The position numbers and the translations under genes were made by a program. Below are positions 20,363 to 30,197 of a stretch of 64,000 nt of DNA, piece by piece (position 1 is the first letter of the stretch; the number at the start of each line of letters is the position of its first letter). The notes under the pieces are model-generated. The model was not told where the DNA came from, did no database searches, and worked only from the letters and a program-made list of their open reading frames with translations. The stretch spans positions 11,461-75,460 of the forward strand of contig JACDCY010000004.1 of NCBI GenBank assembly GCA_013817305.1, written 5' to 3'. Source of the DNA: Gemmatimonadaceae bacterium (lineage in GTDB: Bacteria; Gemmatimonadota; Gemmatimonadetes; Gemmatimonadales; Gemmatimonadaceae).

Positions 20363-20376
20363 TGCATAATGATGCA
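20363..20376. promoter_or_regulatory. putative ARG box-like palindrome TGCATAATGATGCA
   Basis: Near-perfect palindrome immediately upstream of argC. A related TTGCATAATTACGC lies in the argR/argG divergent region (21047-21062). Confidence 0.3.
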
Positions 20377-20412
20377 GCCGCCGTATGTCAACGGCTTATG
20401 GGCCCCTGGAGA

Positions 20413-20510
20413 AACTCAGCGGAATCCAAGTTCGGAGTGCACCAGTATGGAGTCATCAGTGGCGAGTTCACTTCCCAACTGGAATACTCGTTACTGGTGC
20501 ACTCCGAACC
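20413..20510. repeat. large imperfect inverted repeat (33-bp arms, about 32-nt loop)
   Basis: ggaatccaagttcggagtgcaccagtatggagt ... actcgttactggtgcactccgaacctggattcc, 30/33 complementary. Lies in the argR-argC intergenic region. Confidence 0.7.
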
Positions 20511-20536
20511 TGGATTCCCGCTAGCCCCGCCAAGCC

Positions 20537-20992
20537 TCAGCCTCGCTCCCCGATCTCTCGCACGCGCTGAAGCAGCTTCTGCCGTCCACCGGCTGATCGA
20601 CAGATGATGAGCACCGTGTCGTCCCCGCCGACCGTGCCGAGGATCTCGGGCCATCCCTGCGAGTCCAAGGCGACCGCAGCCGATTGGGCCCCGCCCGGAA
20701 TCGTCCGCATCACGATCAACTCCCCCACCCCATCAGCCCGAAGAAACAGCTGCGGGAGGATCGCCTCGATCGCGAGGGCGGACGGCAAGCCCGCGTCCGG
20801 CGCGGAATAGCGAGGCCCGTCCGCACTCGGCACCCGCGCCACTCTCAGGTCTCGCAGATCCCGCGACAACGTCGCCTGCGTCACGTCCCATCCGCGGCTC
20901 CTGAGCAGACGGCGAAGCTCCTCCTGACTGGAGACCCGCCGCGAGCCGATGATGTCGAGAATCGTGGACTGGCGGTCGGACTTGTTGGCCAT
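20537..20992 (-). CDS. argR: arginine repressor
   Basis: Winged-helix N-terminus (VTQATLSRDLRDL) and C-terminal oligomerisation domain. Start taken at MANKSD. Confidence 0.85.
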   Translation of the reverse strand: MANKSDRQSTILDIIGSRRVSSQEELRRLLRSRGWDVTQATLSRDLRDLRVARVPSADGPRYSAPDAGLPSALAIEAILPQLFLRADGVGELIVMRTIPGGAQSAAVALDSQGWPEILGTVGGDDTVLIICRSAGGRQKLLQRVREIGERG

Positions 20993-21089
20993 CGCGGAAA
21001 TATACTTGACGCCGGGTCCCAAAGTGTATTTATTCATTCTTCTTGCATAATTACGCGTTTAGCAGCAAACCAGTAACCAGGCATCGACT

Positions 21090-22331
21090 ATGTCCACCAT
21101 CGTTCTCGCCTACTCGGGCGGCCTCGACACTTCGATCATCGTTCCGTGGCTCAAGGAGCACTACGATGCGCGCGTGATTTGCGTCGCCGCCGATGTCGGG
21201 CAGGGCGATGAGCTCGAAGGCGTGCGCGCCAAGGCGATAGCCTCGGGCGCTGATGAATGCTTCGTGGAGGACGTCCGCGAGGAGTTCGTCACGGACTACA
21301 TCTGGCCCACGCTCAGGGCCGGCGCGACCTACGGCAGGAAGTATCTACTCGGTACGTCCATGGCACGGCCGCTGATCGCGAAGAAGCAGGTCGAGGTCGC
21401 GCGTAAGGTGGGCGCGACGGCGCTGGCTCACGGGTGCACCGGCAAGGGCAACGACCAGGTTCGCTTCGAGCTGACGTACGCCGCGTTCGCGCCGGAGCTT
21501 CCGGTCATCGCGCCGTGGCGCACGTGGGACATTCGCAGCCGCGAAGACGCGATCGCGTACGCGCAGGCGCACAACGTCCCGATCACGGCGACGAAGGAGA
21601 AGATCTACTCACGCGACCGTAACATCTGGCACATCTCGCACGAAGGCGGAGTGCTCGAGGATCCGGCCGCCTCGCCGCCCGCCGATCTCTTCATGCTCAG
21701 CGTATCCCCCGAGCACGCGCCCGACGAAGCGGAGGAAGTGACGATCGGATTCGAGAATGGAACGCCCGTGACGGTCAACGGCCGCGCGATGGGCGCCGTC
21801 GGGCTTCTCTCCATGCTGAACGCCATCGGCGGCCGGCACGGTGTCGGTCGCATCGACCTGGTCGAGGATCGGCTGGTCGGGATGAAGTCGCGCGGCGTGT
21901 ACGAGACGCCCGGCGGGTCCCTCCTGTATGCGGCGCACAGCGAACTCGAACAGCTTGTGCTCGATCGTCGCACTCTCGCGGCGAAAGATCTCATCGCTAA
22001 GAGCTACGGCGAGCTGGTGTACGACGGCCGGTGGTGGAGCACCGAGCGCGACGCGTACGACGCGTTCGTGAACGTCACGCAGGAGCGGGTCAACGGCGAG
22101 GTCACCCTCCGCCTGTTCAAGGGAGCGATAGCCGTGTCCGGACGGTCGAGCGAGTTCGCGCTGTACGACGAGAATTTCGTGACCTTCGGAGCCGACGACG
22201 TCTACAACCAGGCCGACGCAGCCGGATTCATCCGGCTGTACGGACTCTCCACCAAGGTGCAGGCGCTTCGCGATCAGGCGCGCGACGCGCGCAACGCGGC
22301 CGCTGCCCCGGGCAAGCGGGCGATAGCGTGA
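21090..22331 (+). CDS. argG: argininosuccinate synthase
   Basis: [11 protein letters not shown]-loop, full-length homology. Confidence 0.9.
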   Translation: MSTIVLAYSGGLDTSIIVPWLKEHYDARVICVAADVGQGDELEGVRAKAIASGADECFVEDVREEFVTDYIWPTLRAGATYGRKYLLGTSMARPLIAKKQVEVARKVGATALAHGCTGKGNDQVRFELTYAAFAPELPVIAPWRTWDIRSREDAIAYAQAHNVPITATKEKIYSRDRNIWHISHEGGVLEDPAASPPADLFMLSVSPEHAPDEAEEVTIGFENGTPVTVNGRAMGAVGLLSMLNAIGGRHGVGRIDLVEDRLVGMKSRGVYETPGGSLLYAAHSELEQLVLDRRTLAAKDLIAKSYGELVYDGRWWSTERDAYDAFVNVTQERVNGEVTLRLFKGAIAVSGRSSEFALYDENFVTFGADDVYNQADAAGFIRLYGLSTKVQALRDQARDARNAAAAPGKRAIA

Positions 22332-23764
22332 AGCGGTCGCCGCCACCCGGGGACGCTGCCCCGGGCGGCGGCGGCGGTGAGAGCCACAAGCTCTGGGGCG
22401 GACGCTTCAAGGCGTCCTCCGCTGCCGCGCTCGTCGCGGTCAACCGTTCTATAGAAGTAGACTTTCGCCTCTGGCCGTTCGACATCCGTGCTTCGCAGGC
22501 GTGGGCCGCCGCGCTGCAAAGCGCGGGGGTGCTGACGGCAGAAGAAAGCCGCGCGATTCATACCGGCCTGGGCAAAGTCGCGGAGCGGATCAAGGGCGGC
22601 GAGCTGCCGATCGAGTCTGACGAAGACGTGCATACCATGATCGACCGTCTACTGCACGCGGAAATCGGAGATCCCGCGTCCAGGCTTCACACCGGACGAA
22701 GCCGCAACGATCAGGTCGCGACGGCGAGCCGGATGTGGGCGATGGCGGCCGCCGCCGCGATCGATTCGGAGGTTCGCGAGCTGCAATCGGTGATGCTCGA
22801 GCACGCGAACGGCCTGACCGACGCGGTGATGCCGGCATACACGCACCTTCAGCGCGCGCAGCCCGTGTCTGCCGCACACTGGATGCTGTCTCACTTCTGG
22901 CCTTTGCAGCGTGACCGCGAGCGCCTCGCTTCAGCCATGCGCGCCGCGTCCTCGCTCCCGCTGGGCTCCGGCGCCATCGCCGGCTCCGCGTACCGCGTGC
23001 CCCGCGATCAGCTCGGCGAGAGCTTGGCATTCGCGAAGATCTCGGAGAACAGCATCGACGCCGTCGGAGACCGTGACTTCATCGCCGATCTACTGTACGC
23101 GATCGCGATGATGTCGGTGCACCTGTCGCGGTTGGCTGAGGACATGATTTTGTTCGGCTCGTCGGAGTTTGGCTTCGTCCGGTTCGGCGACACGTTTACG
23201 ACCGGATCGAGCATGATGCCGCAGAAGCGGAACCCCGACGCGCTGGAGATCGCTCGCGGATTCGCTGCGCGCTCCCTCGGCGCGATCACGTCTCTGCTCG
23301 CGACACTCAAGGGCCTGCCGAGCGGATACAACAAGGATCTGCAGGACGATAAGCGCATTTTGTTCGAGGCCGTTGATAGCGCACTGCTCGTGTTGCCCGC
23401 CGTTGCTGGCGGCCTCGCCGAGAGCGCGTTTCAGATCGATGTGATGGAGCGCGCGGTTTCGAGCGGAATGATGGCGACGGATCTGGCCGATTATCTCGTG
23501 GGCAAAGGCGTGAGCTTCCGCGACGCGCACGCTGCGGTAGGAAATCTGGTTCGTGCGGCGGAGGAAGCATCTTGCGAGCTGGATGAGCTCCCGGCGGCGA
23601 GGATCACGAGCGCGCATTCGATGTTCGGCGCCGATGCGAGGGAGTGGCTGAACGCGAGGGCATCCATCGGCCGGCGCGAAGTTGCGGGCGGCACCGGACC
23701 GAATGCGGTTATCACGCAGATCGAGGCTGCGCTGGCACTCATTACCCGCACTCCATACTCCTGA
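22328..23764 (+). CDS. argH: argininosuccinate lyase
   Basis: KLWGGRF start region, fumarate-lyase signature [15 protein letters not shown] start overlaps the argG stop (GTGA). Confidence 0.9.
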   Translation: MKRSPPPGDAAPGGGGGESHKLWGGRFKASSAAALVAVNRSIEVDFRLWPFDIRASQAWAAALQSAGVLTAEESRAIHTGLGKVAERIKGGELPIESDEDVHTMIDRLLHAEIGDPASRLHTGRSRNDQVATASRMWAMAAAAAIDSEVRELQSVMLEHANGLTDAVMPAYTHLQRAQPVSAAHWMLSHFWPLQRDRERLASAMRAASSLPLGSGAIAGSAYRVPRDQLGESLAFAKISENSIDAVGDRDFIADLLYAIAMMSVHLSRLAEDMILFGSSEFGFVRFGDTFTTGSSMMPQKRNPDALEIARGFAARSLGAITSLLATLKGLPSGYNKDLQDDKRILFEAVDSALLVLPAVAGGLAESAFQIDVMERAVSSGMMATDLADYLVGKGVSFRDAHAAVGNLVRAAEEASCELDELPAARITSAHSMFGADAREWLNARASIGRREVAGGTGPNAVITQIEAALALITRTPYS

Positions 23765-23810
23765 CCCGTAGCTTGCATCCCGGCTGGAATATTCCCGGAG
23801 CCGGCGATGC

Positions 23811-23847
23811 AAAAAGCCCCCGCGAAGATCCGCCGGGGCTTTTTGTT
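23811..23847. terminator. bidirectional intrinsic terminator
   Basis: aaaaagcccccgcgaagatccgccggggctttttgtttt: a GC hairpin flanked by A-run and T-run, between convergent argH and the OMP gene. Confidence 0.7.
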
Positions 23848-23864
23848 TTCAGAGCTGGAGCTCG

Positions 23865-24389
23865 TTAGAACTCGATTCCGAACGTGATCGGAATGAACTG
23901 AATCTGGTCGTCGCCGCTGATCGAGTGCAATCTGGCTTCGACGAACGTCCCCAGTCCCGACAGTTGGAACTTGGCACCGAGACCTGCGTTGATGCCGAAA
24001 TCCGTGCGCGACTCGCCGCCGTCAGCTTTCACGTTGTACGAGCCGACGCCACCGATCACGTACGGACGCAGTCCCAACCCGCCGAACGCGTAAGTGATGT
24101 TCACGTTACCGCCGGCGATACGCAGGTCCTCATTGGTGAAGATGCCTTCGTCCTGGCCCGCGAACTTGTTGTAGAAGCCCTCTAGCCGGAAACCAACCGG
24201 CGAAGCCGGCATGGTGATGCCGAGGTGCGCTGCAGCGTTATACCCGACCTTATGGGAATCGCTCAGGTCGGACAACGGGATCGCGGCGCCGGCGGACAGC
24301 CCGACGCTAAAGGGACGCTGGGCTTCCGCCGTCGAGGCTCCGGCCACCAGGGCCGCGCCGAATACAATAGCAGACAAGATTCTACGCAT
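23865..24389 (-). CDS. small outer-membrane beta-barrel protein (OmpW/OmpX-like)
   Basis: Signal peptide, alternating beta-strand pattern, C-terminal GIEF. Confidence 0.65.
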   Translation of the reverse strand: MRRILSAIVFGAALVAGASTAEAQRPFSVGLSAGAAIPLSDLSDSHKVGYNAAAHLGITMPASPVGFRLEGFYNKFAGQDEGIFTNEDLRIAGGNVNITYAFGGLGLRPYVIGGVGSYNVKADGGESRTDFGINAGLGAKFQLSGLGTFVEARLHSISGDDQIQFIPITFGIEF

Positions 24390-24439
24390 TGTTTAAATCC
24401 TCACTATCTGGGTCAGTCGCGCGCATGACTAAGCGGAAA

Positions 24440-24539
24440 AACCTCTCGCGCAACGTGTGGGGGTGATACCCCCGGGAGGACTAAGGTTCTGACCAACGCT
24501 ATTGAAGTTATATTCCTTTTTTTATAGGTTTATTATGTA
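24440..24539. promoter_or_regulatory. AT-rich divergent promoter region
   Basis: ctattgaagttatattcctttttttataggtttattatgtaatgag is roughly 25% GC within a 68% GC genome, and directly abuts the ATG of the 24540 gene. Confidence 0.5.
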
Positions 24540-24947
24540 ATGAGAGGCTATTCGGCTGCTACCACTGCACTTGCCCTCAACGCCGACCCCAAGTGGTTGG
24601 ACAACCTGCTGTCGCAGAACCGCGTAGATGGGGTGACTCAGAGCAAACAGGGGGTCCCGCGCCGGCTCGCTCCAAACGCCCTTCACATCATCTCCACCGT
24701 GCATCAGCTGAATCGGGACCTACAGGTTCCGGTGGTCGCAGCTCTCGGGTTCGCCCATGAGCTGTGGCGACGCCCCGGCGGCTCGCCCACGGATATGGCG
24801 GAGATCCGAATTGGAGAGATCGCGCTACGGCTCAGCCGGGCGGAAGTTCGCGCCCGGGTGGAAGGGGCGTTGGCCGAAGCTCTCGAGATGGCCCCCAGGA
24901 CCCGGCGAGGGCGCCCGCCTGGAAAGGGTGCCAGGGCCGGGGAATAA
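24540..24947 (+). CDS. hypothetical protein with C-terminal AT-hook (RGRPPGKG)
   Basis: 135 aa. C-terminal PRTRRGRPPGKGARAGE matches the AT-hook core R-G-R-P. No RBS, so possibly a leaderless transcript. Confidence 0.45.
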   Translation: MRGYSAATTALALNADPKWLDNLLSQNRVDGVTQSKQGVPRRLAPNALHIISTVHQLNRDLQVPVVAALGFAHELWRRPGGSPTDMAEIRIGEIALRLSRAEVRARVEGALAEALEMAPRTRRGRPPGKGARAGE

Positions 24948-24949
24948 AA

Positions 24950-24985
24950 AAAGCGCCCCCGTTACGGAGGGCGCTTCTCTTTTGG
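24950..24985 (-). terminator. intrinsic terminator for csp (minus strand)
   Basis: On the minus strand a hairpin aagcgccctccgtaacgggggcgctt is followed by ttttttta. Confidence 0.7.
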
Positions 24986-24993
24986 GGCTTGGG

Positions 24994-25212
24994 TCAGCTC
25001 GCGCCGTTCGCCCGGGTCACGTTCTCTGCCGCCGGACCTTTCTGGCCCTGCACCACGTCGAATTCGACAGCGTCGCCTTCCGCCAGCGACTTGAAGCCAC
25101 TGCCACTGATCGCGCTGTAATGGACGAAGCAATCCTTCGTGCCATCATCGGGGGTAATGAAGCCAAACCCTTTCGCGTCGTTGAACCACTTCACCTTTCC
25201 GGTCGTGCGCAT
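24994..25212 (-). CDS. cspA: cold-shock protein, CspA family (second copy)
   Basis: [14 protein letters not shown] and CFVHYSAI motifs. Confidence 0.95.
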   Translation of the reverse strand: MRTTGKVKWFNDAKGFGFITPDDGTKDCFVHYSAISGSGFKSLAEGDAVEFDVVQGQKGPAAENVTRANGAS

Positions 25213-25430
25213 ACCTACTCCTGCAATTGGTAACGTGACGCCGCGGAGCGAGCTGTAGCTACTCCTGCCATCGGCTTGTGGCGGGACCGAGAAGACCCCC
25301 CGCCCATGGATCCATGCCGCAAAGCCGCTACCGCGAACCCCGCCGCACAGCGGAAAAAGTAAGCGCCCCGTGCGGCTTCTACAATACCGCCTCCGCCCGG
25401 TGCAATCGTTCCGGCTCTAAACCGTTGCGC

Positions 25431-26036
25431 TCAGGGCTCTTCCACCTTGACGCCCGACACGTAGTGGTCGCTCTTGCCGAAGCACGAGGTCGGCACGTTT
25501 CTGTGCTCTTCGTACGTCAGGGCGACGCGCTTTCCGATGCTCTGCTGGATGTCCGCGGCCACGGCGTTGCTGCGCACACTGAAGGGAAAGAGTTCGGGCG
25601 CGACGCCCGGCACGTTCGTCATCGCCAGCTCACCTTCCCAGGTGGCGCAGACGACCCCTTTCTTGGCGAAGTTCTGCACGTATCCGTACCGCTCGCCCCG
25701 TTCGTACCCAACGTTGAGCGACAAGGCAGCCCACACGGCGAAGATGAGCAGCGGCAGGATGATTAGTGCAGCAAGCAGTCTCGTCGACCAGCGCTTGTGC
25801 CACCGCGTCTCGACCACGATCGGCTTGGCGACCGCTGGAGGAACGGCCGACCCGCCCGTGGATCGCTCCCGCTCCACATCCTGTGCGGGCAGCGGCGGTG
25901 GTGGTGGCGGAGCGTCGGCGGGATCGGGCATGCCGGGACCGTCGGGGGTGCTGGGAGACTTGGGTTCTGTCATTCTGCTTCCTGGTTTGAATGCGACCAT
26001 CGTCGTTTTCAACCACTCTGGCTCCCTGAACTGCAT
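25431..26036 (-). CDS. hypothetical membrane-anchored protein (Pro-rich N-terminus, single TM)
   Basis: PPPPPPLP tract, [22 protein letters not shown]-terminal roughly 110-aa domain. Start is ambiguous. Confidence 0.45.
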   Translation of the reverse strand: MQFREPEWLKTTMVAFKPGSRMTEPKSPSTPDGPGMPDPADAPPPPPPLPAQDVERERSTGGSAVPPAVAKPIVVETRWHKRWSTRLLAALIILPLLIFAVWAALSLNVGYERGERYGYVQNFAKKGVVCATWEGELAMTNVPGVAPELFPFSVRSNAVAADIQQSIGKRVALTYEEHRNVPTSCFGKSDHYVSGVKVEEP

Positions 26037-26073
26037 CGTCGGGGCCAGCGATTTAGCTTTCGGTACTAATCAT

Positions 26074-27339
26074 ATGTCGCTTCGCACCGCAAATCCGAGC
26101 GCTATTCATCCGCGCCGCGAGACCGTGATGGTCTCCGTCGGCGGTGTTCCGGTGGGTTCCCGTCATCCGGTGGTCGTCCAGTCGATGACCAATACCGACA
26201 CGGCGAACGCCGAAGCTACCGCGCAACAGGTGGCGGCGCTCGCCGCCGCGGGATCGCAGCTCGTCCGGATCACCGTCAACAACGAGGCTTCGGCAGCCGC
26301 AGTATCGGAGATCGCCGCGCGGCTTGAGGATCTGGACTGCAGCGTTCCGCTGATCGGTGACTTCCATTACAACGGCCACCTGCTGCTTACGCGCTTCTCC
26401 GACTGCGCGCGGCTTCTCGCCAAGTACCGCATCAATCCTGGCAACGTCGGCACCAAGCGGCGCGACGAGAACTTCCAGACCATCGTCCGCATCGCCGCCG
26501 ACAATGGCAAGCCAGTGCGGATCGGCGTGAACTGGGGCTCGCTCGATCAGGATCTTCTGACGCAAATGATGGACGCCAACGCGCTGGCGCCCGATCCGTC
26601 AGACGCGCGCGACGTGTACATCGAGGCCATGCTCGCGAGCGCGCTGCGGTCCGCCGAGCTCGCTGAGGCGACGGGGCTGCCGCACGATCACATCATCATC
26701 TCCGCGAAAGTCTCGGCGGTGCAGGATCTCGTGGACGTGTACCGCCGGCTTGCCGCGCGCTGTGACTTCCCGCTCCACTTGGGCCTCACCGAAGCCGGCC
26801 TTGGCAGCAAGGGGATAATCGCCAGCACCGCCGCGCTCTCGATCCTCCTCGCCGAAGGGATTGGCGACACGATCAGAGTCTCGCTCACGCCGCGTCCCGG
26901 CGGCGATCGCACCGAGGAAGTGCAGGTCGCACAGCAGGTTCTCCAGTCGCTCGGACTCCGGAGCTTCGCGCCCCAGGTGAGCGCGTGCCCCGGGTGCGGC
27001 CGCACGACGTCCACTTTCTTTCAGCAGATGGCCGAGGACATCCAGGGGTACCTGCGCGAGCAGATGCCGGCGTGGCGAGCGATTTATCCGGGCGTCGAGG
27101 AGATGCGTGTCGCGGTGATGGGGTGCGTGGTCAACGGTCCCGGCGAATCCAAGCACGCGGATATAGGAATTTCTCTGCCGGGGACGTTCGAGGATCCAGT
27201 TGCGCCTGTGTACGTGGACGGCAAGCTTGCGATCACGCTGCGCGGCGACGACATCGTGCCCGAGTTCCTGCGTCTGCTCGAGGATTACGTCGCGCGCCGG
27301 TACACACGTGCCGTTGTCGCCGCGGAGACTCGGGTCTAA
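26074..27339 (+). CDS. ispG: 4-hydroxy-3-methylbut-2-en-1-yl diphosphate synthase
   Basis: [11 protein letters not shown], the TIM-barrel domain, and the C-terminal 4Fe-4S Cys motifs CPGCGRT and [10 protein letters not shown]. Confidence 0.9.
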   Translation: MSLRTANPSAIHPRRETVMVSVGGVPVGSRHPVVVQSMTNTDTANAEATAQQVAALAAAGSQLVRITVNNEASAAAVSEIAARLEDLDCSVPLIGDFHYNGHLLLTRFSDCARLLAKYRINPGNVGTKRRDENFQTIVRIAADNGKPVRIGVNWGSLDQDLLTQMMDANALAPDPSDARDVYIEAMLASALRSAELAEATGLPHDHIIISAKVSAVQDLVDVYRRLAARCDFPLHLGLTEAGLGSKGIIASTAALSILLAEGIGDTIRVSLTPRPGGDRTEEVQVAQQVLQSLGLRSFAPQVSACPGCGRTTSTFFQQMAEDIQGYLREQMPAWRAIYPGVEEMRVAVMGCVVNGPGESKHADIGISLPGTFEDPVAPVYVDGKLAITLRGDDIVPEFLRLLEDYVARRYTRAVVAAETRV

Positions 27340-27541
27340 CCGGCCCTCGACACCTACGCTCGCAAACTACGCTCGCTAAGACGGTGTCTCGGACCGGTTA
27401 GACCCGAGTCTCCACGCATCGTGCGGTTGCAGGATCGGCGCTCACGACGAAGCCCCGGCAGCCTTGGGTGCCGTTCCTGGCAGGCGGTGGGTCGGGGTCG
27501 CGCAAAGGCCCCGTCTTAGCGAGCGTAGTTTGTGAGCGTAG
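27326..27541. repeat. interleaved inverted repeats (19-21-bp and 32-bp arms) overlapping the ispG stop
   Basis: gagactcgggtctaaccgg pairs with ccggttagacccgagtctc (27393-27412). cctacgctcgcaaactacgctcgctaagacgg (27352-27383) pairs with ccgtcttagcgagcgtagtttgtgagcgtagg (27510-27541), 31/32. Confidence 0.7.
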
Positions 27542-27603
27542 GGGCCGAGCGCGATCCCGAACCCACCGCCAGCCCCCGAGCGCAGCGAGGGTGCAGTTCG
27601 ACG

Positions 27604-28233
27604 CTACGCGTGCTTCTCGAGACCAGCCGCGACTTCGTCGAGCTCGTCCATTATCGGCGCGTCGAACCCCAGCTCACGCAATCGCGCGTGGACCGCACGA
27701 TACCACCAGATCGTAGTATCCCTCCCGACCTTGAACCGTCCCCAGATCGTGTCGGGATCCTGGGTGCGGCGAAGATCCGCCAGGATCGAGCTTCCGTTAT
27801 GAATCTTGTCCGCCGCGCACACCCAGCGCGCGCGATCCGACGCGAGAGCCAGCCGGTCCAGATAGTCCTTTTTTTTCTGCTCGCCATCGAGCGGATCGCC
27901 GTCGTCATCCGCTTCCCGGTGCGTCACGGCAAGAACTGTATCCAGCACGACCTGCCCGAACTTGTCAGCGATCCGGTGCTGTAATGACTGGCTGGTGTAG
28001 CCGTCGCGCACGCAGTCTTCGATGACGTCGTGCAGGATGCCCGCGATCACGGTGTCTTCGTCCTGCCCGTATCGGGTGAGAATCACCGCCACGTTTGCGG
28101 GGTGGGTCAGATACGGCAACGCCGTGCCCTTTCGCACCTGCCGGTCGTGGTGCTTGGCCGCGAAGGCGAAGGCGTGGTTGACTCTGTCGGAGTAGCCTTT
28201 CATTCCGGCGTTGGCGGTCGCGGAATCGGTCAT
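27604..28233 (-). CDS. HD-domain (p)ppGpp hydrolase-like protein (SpoT/RelA hydrolase-domain family, stand-alone)
   Basis: HPANVAVILTRYGQDEDTVIAGILHDVIEDC parallels the SpoT HD motif HP...LLHDVIEDT. Confidence 0.65.
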   Translation of the reverse strand: MTDSATANAGMKGYSDRVNHAFAFAAKHHDRQVRKGTALPYLTHPANVAVILTRYGQDEDTVIAGILHDVIEDCVRDGYTSQSLQHRIADKFGQVVLDTVLAVTHREADDDGDPLDGEQKKKDYLDRLALASDRARWVCAADKIHNGSSILADLRRTQDPDTIWGRFKVGRDTTIWWYRAVHARLRELGFDAPIMDELDEVAAGLEKHA

Positions 28234-28263
28234 TCAGTCAATGTAGCGTCGGGACGATTCATC

Positions 28264-28764
28264 TCATGGCCCCGGCCGCGGGCTGGCGAACCGGGCCAGG
28301 ATCGCCTCGAGCCCGTCGCGGTCCTGCTCGTCGAACGCCCCCGGCCGGTCGGAGTCCACATCGAAGACGCCGAGCAACCCGTGGTGGGGATCGAACACGG
28401 GCACCACGATCTCCGACCGCGACCGCGGGTCACAGGTGATGTGTCCCGGAAACGCGGCGACATCGTCCACGATCACTGTCTTCCCCGTCGCCGCCGCCGT
28501 GCCGCACACGCCGCGCCCAAACTCGATCTCCAAACACCCCAAGGTCCCTTGGTACGGCCCCACGCGCAGGAGCTTCCCCGGCACCGCCACCCGGTAGAAG
28601 CCAGTCCACAGGTGGCGCAAGGCGTTGTGCACCGCCGAGCTGATCGTCGCCATAGCGGCGACCTCGTCGTCGATCCCCTCGAGCACTATGTCGATCTGCC
28701 GCGCCAGATCGGCGTACGCCTCCGGCTTGGCGACGCCCGCGAGGTCGAGCGTCGTTTCAGCCAT
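28264..28764 (-). CDS. free methionine-(R)-sulfoxide reductase (GAF domain, fRMsr)
   Basis: GAF fold with GTLGCLEIEFGRGVCG and the conserved Cys triad typical of fRMsr/YebR. Confidence 0.8.
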   Translation of the reverse strand: MAETTLDLAGVAKPEAYADLARQIDIVLEGIDDEVAAMATISSAVHNALRHLWTGFYRVAVPGKLLRVGPYQGTLGCLEIEFGRGVCGTAAATGKTVIVDDVAAFPGHITCDPRSRSEIVVPVFDPHHGLLGVFDVDSDRPGAFDEQDRDGLEAILARFASPRPGP

Positions 28765-28767
28765 TGC

Positions 28768-28896
28768 CTACTGGAAGATTCCGAAGTTGCCGAGCAGCCA
28801 CCAGAGAATGATGAAAATGAGGACGGTGCTGAAGCATCCGCCTCCCAGCTTCTTGGCGCCGTATCCGGCTGCCAGGCCCCGCAACAGCTTGCTCAT
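28768..28896 (-). CDS. small hydrophobic membrane protein
   Basis: MSKLLRGLAAGYGAKKLGGGCFSTVLIFIILWWLLGNFGIFQ. 42 aa, first gene of the operon. Confidence 0.4.
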   Translation of the reverse strand: MSKLLRGLAAGYGAKKLGGGCFSTVLIFIILWWLLGNFGIFQ

Positions 28897-29002
28897 GAAC
28901 TTCTCTCCGTAACTGGGGAATTTCGTCGTGCGACAAGCAGTGCCTCTGCACACAATGTACCCGCGCAGATCACCGGTCGATGCGCGTTATGTTTCAAGAA
29001 GC

Positions 29003-30055
29003 ATGGCACCGCCCCCTCTCGTCGCGCGCTCCCATCACGGGCTCCACGTACCAGCCGCCAACATCCATCTCGACGCCCGCTCGGCGCCGGGAACGGTGTT
29101 CGTGTCGCACGCTCATTCCGACCATTGCACCTGGGCACCTCGCATCATCTGCACGCGCGAGACGGCCGCCTTGCACGCCAAACGGAAACGTGCCCGCGAA
29201 GCCGTGACCCTCGACTTCCACGCGCCGTTCCGGTGCGGGGATGCCACGATCGAGCTGCTACCCGCGGGCCATACCCTTGGCTCGGCCATGGCGCTGATCA
29301 GGTCGGCGGACGGCACGCTGGTTTACACCGGCGACTACAAGCTTCGTGACAACCCATTCTCTCCGCCCGCTGCGATTCCGCGCTGCGACGTGCTGGTCAT
29401 GGAATGCACCTTTGGATCCCCGCTCTACCGTTTCCCGCCCGATGAGGAGCTGCTTGCCCGCCTGTTCCGCTTCATCGATGAAACGCTTGCCATGGGCCGC
29501 ACGCCCATCGTACTCGCGTACTCGCTCGGGAAGGGACAGGAGGCGCTGTATCATCTCACGCGACGCGGATACGACGTGCTCGTGAAAGAGCCGACCGCGG
29601 GTTTGTGCGACCTGCACGTCGAGCTCGGGTATGGATTCCCGGGCCCCGGAACGTGGGAGCGGTTCGAGTCCGATCTACTACCGGGCCGGGTCGTGCTCGC
29701 GACGCCAGGGTGGAAAAAGGATCCAGCGGCAGACATCCCCCGCGCGCGCACCGTTCAATTGACCGGCTGGGGGTGCAATCCCCGCGCGCGTTACATGTAC
29801 GGCCATTGCGACCTCGTGCTCCCGATATCCGATCACGCGGACTTCGACGATCTGGTCCGTACCGCGGTCGAGAGCGGTGCGTCGACGATCTACACGGTGC
29901 ACGGCTCTCCGGTGTTCGCCGCGCACCTGCGGTCGATGGGATTGAATGCCGAGCATCTCGCGGCGCACCCGAACAAGCCGGAAGATGCAGGAAGGACGAG
30001 TCGGCCGGTCACTACACCATTAGCTGCTGCTCAATACTCCCTCGAGCTGGCGTAG
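29003..30055 (+). CDS. MBL-fold metallo-hydrolase, ligase-associated DNA damage response exonuclease family
   Basis: HAHSDH motif, YTGDYKL, ECTFG, C-terminal SDHADFDDL...VHGS. This is the beta-CASP-like architecture of the exonuclease normally encoded with lig/lhr/pdeM. Confidence 0.65.
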   Translation: MAPPPLVARSHHGLHVPAANIHLDARSAPGTVFVSHAHSDHCTWAPRIICTRETAALHAKRKRAREAVTLDFHAPFRCGDATIELLPAGHTLGSAMALIRSADGTLVYTGDYKLRDNPFSPPAAIPRCDVLVMECTFGSPLYRFPPDEELLARLFRFIDETLAMGRTPIVLAYSLGKGQEALYHLTRRGYDVLVKEPTAGLCDLHVELGYGFPGPGTWERFESDLLPGRVVLATPGWKKDPAADIPRARTVQLTGWGCNPRARYMYGHCDLVLPISDHADFDDLVRTAVESGASTIYTVHGSPVFAAHLRSMGLNAEHLAAHPNKPEDAGRTSRPVTTPLAAAQYSLELA

Positions 30056-30067
30056 AACGAGAGGGCG

Positions 30068-30172
30068 ACAGGCGGGATGCAAGTGCCGGGTGGCGAGTTT
30101 GTGAGTGTGAGTATTGAGAGCAACGCCATGCACTCATCACCTAAAGACTCCGACCTCTCGACTCACAGCTTG
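30068..30172. repeat. inverted repeat (about 22-bp arms, about 60-nt loop) between convergent genes
   Basis: gcgacaggcgggatgcaagtg ... cagcttgcatcccacctgtcgc. Confidence 0.6.
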
Positions 30173-30197
30173 CATCCCACCTGTCGCTCTCTCGGAA

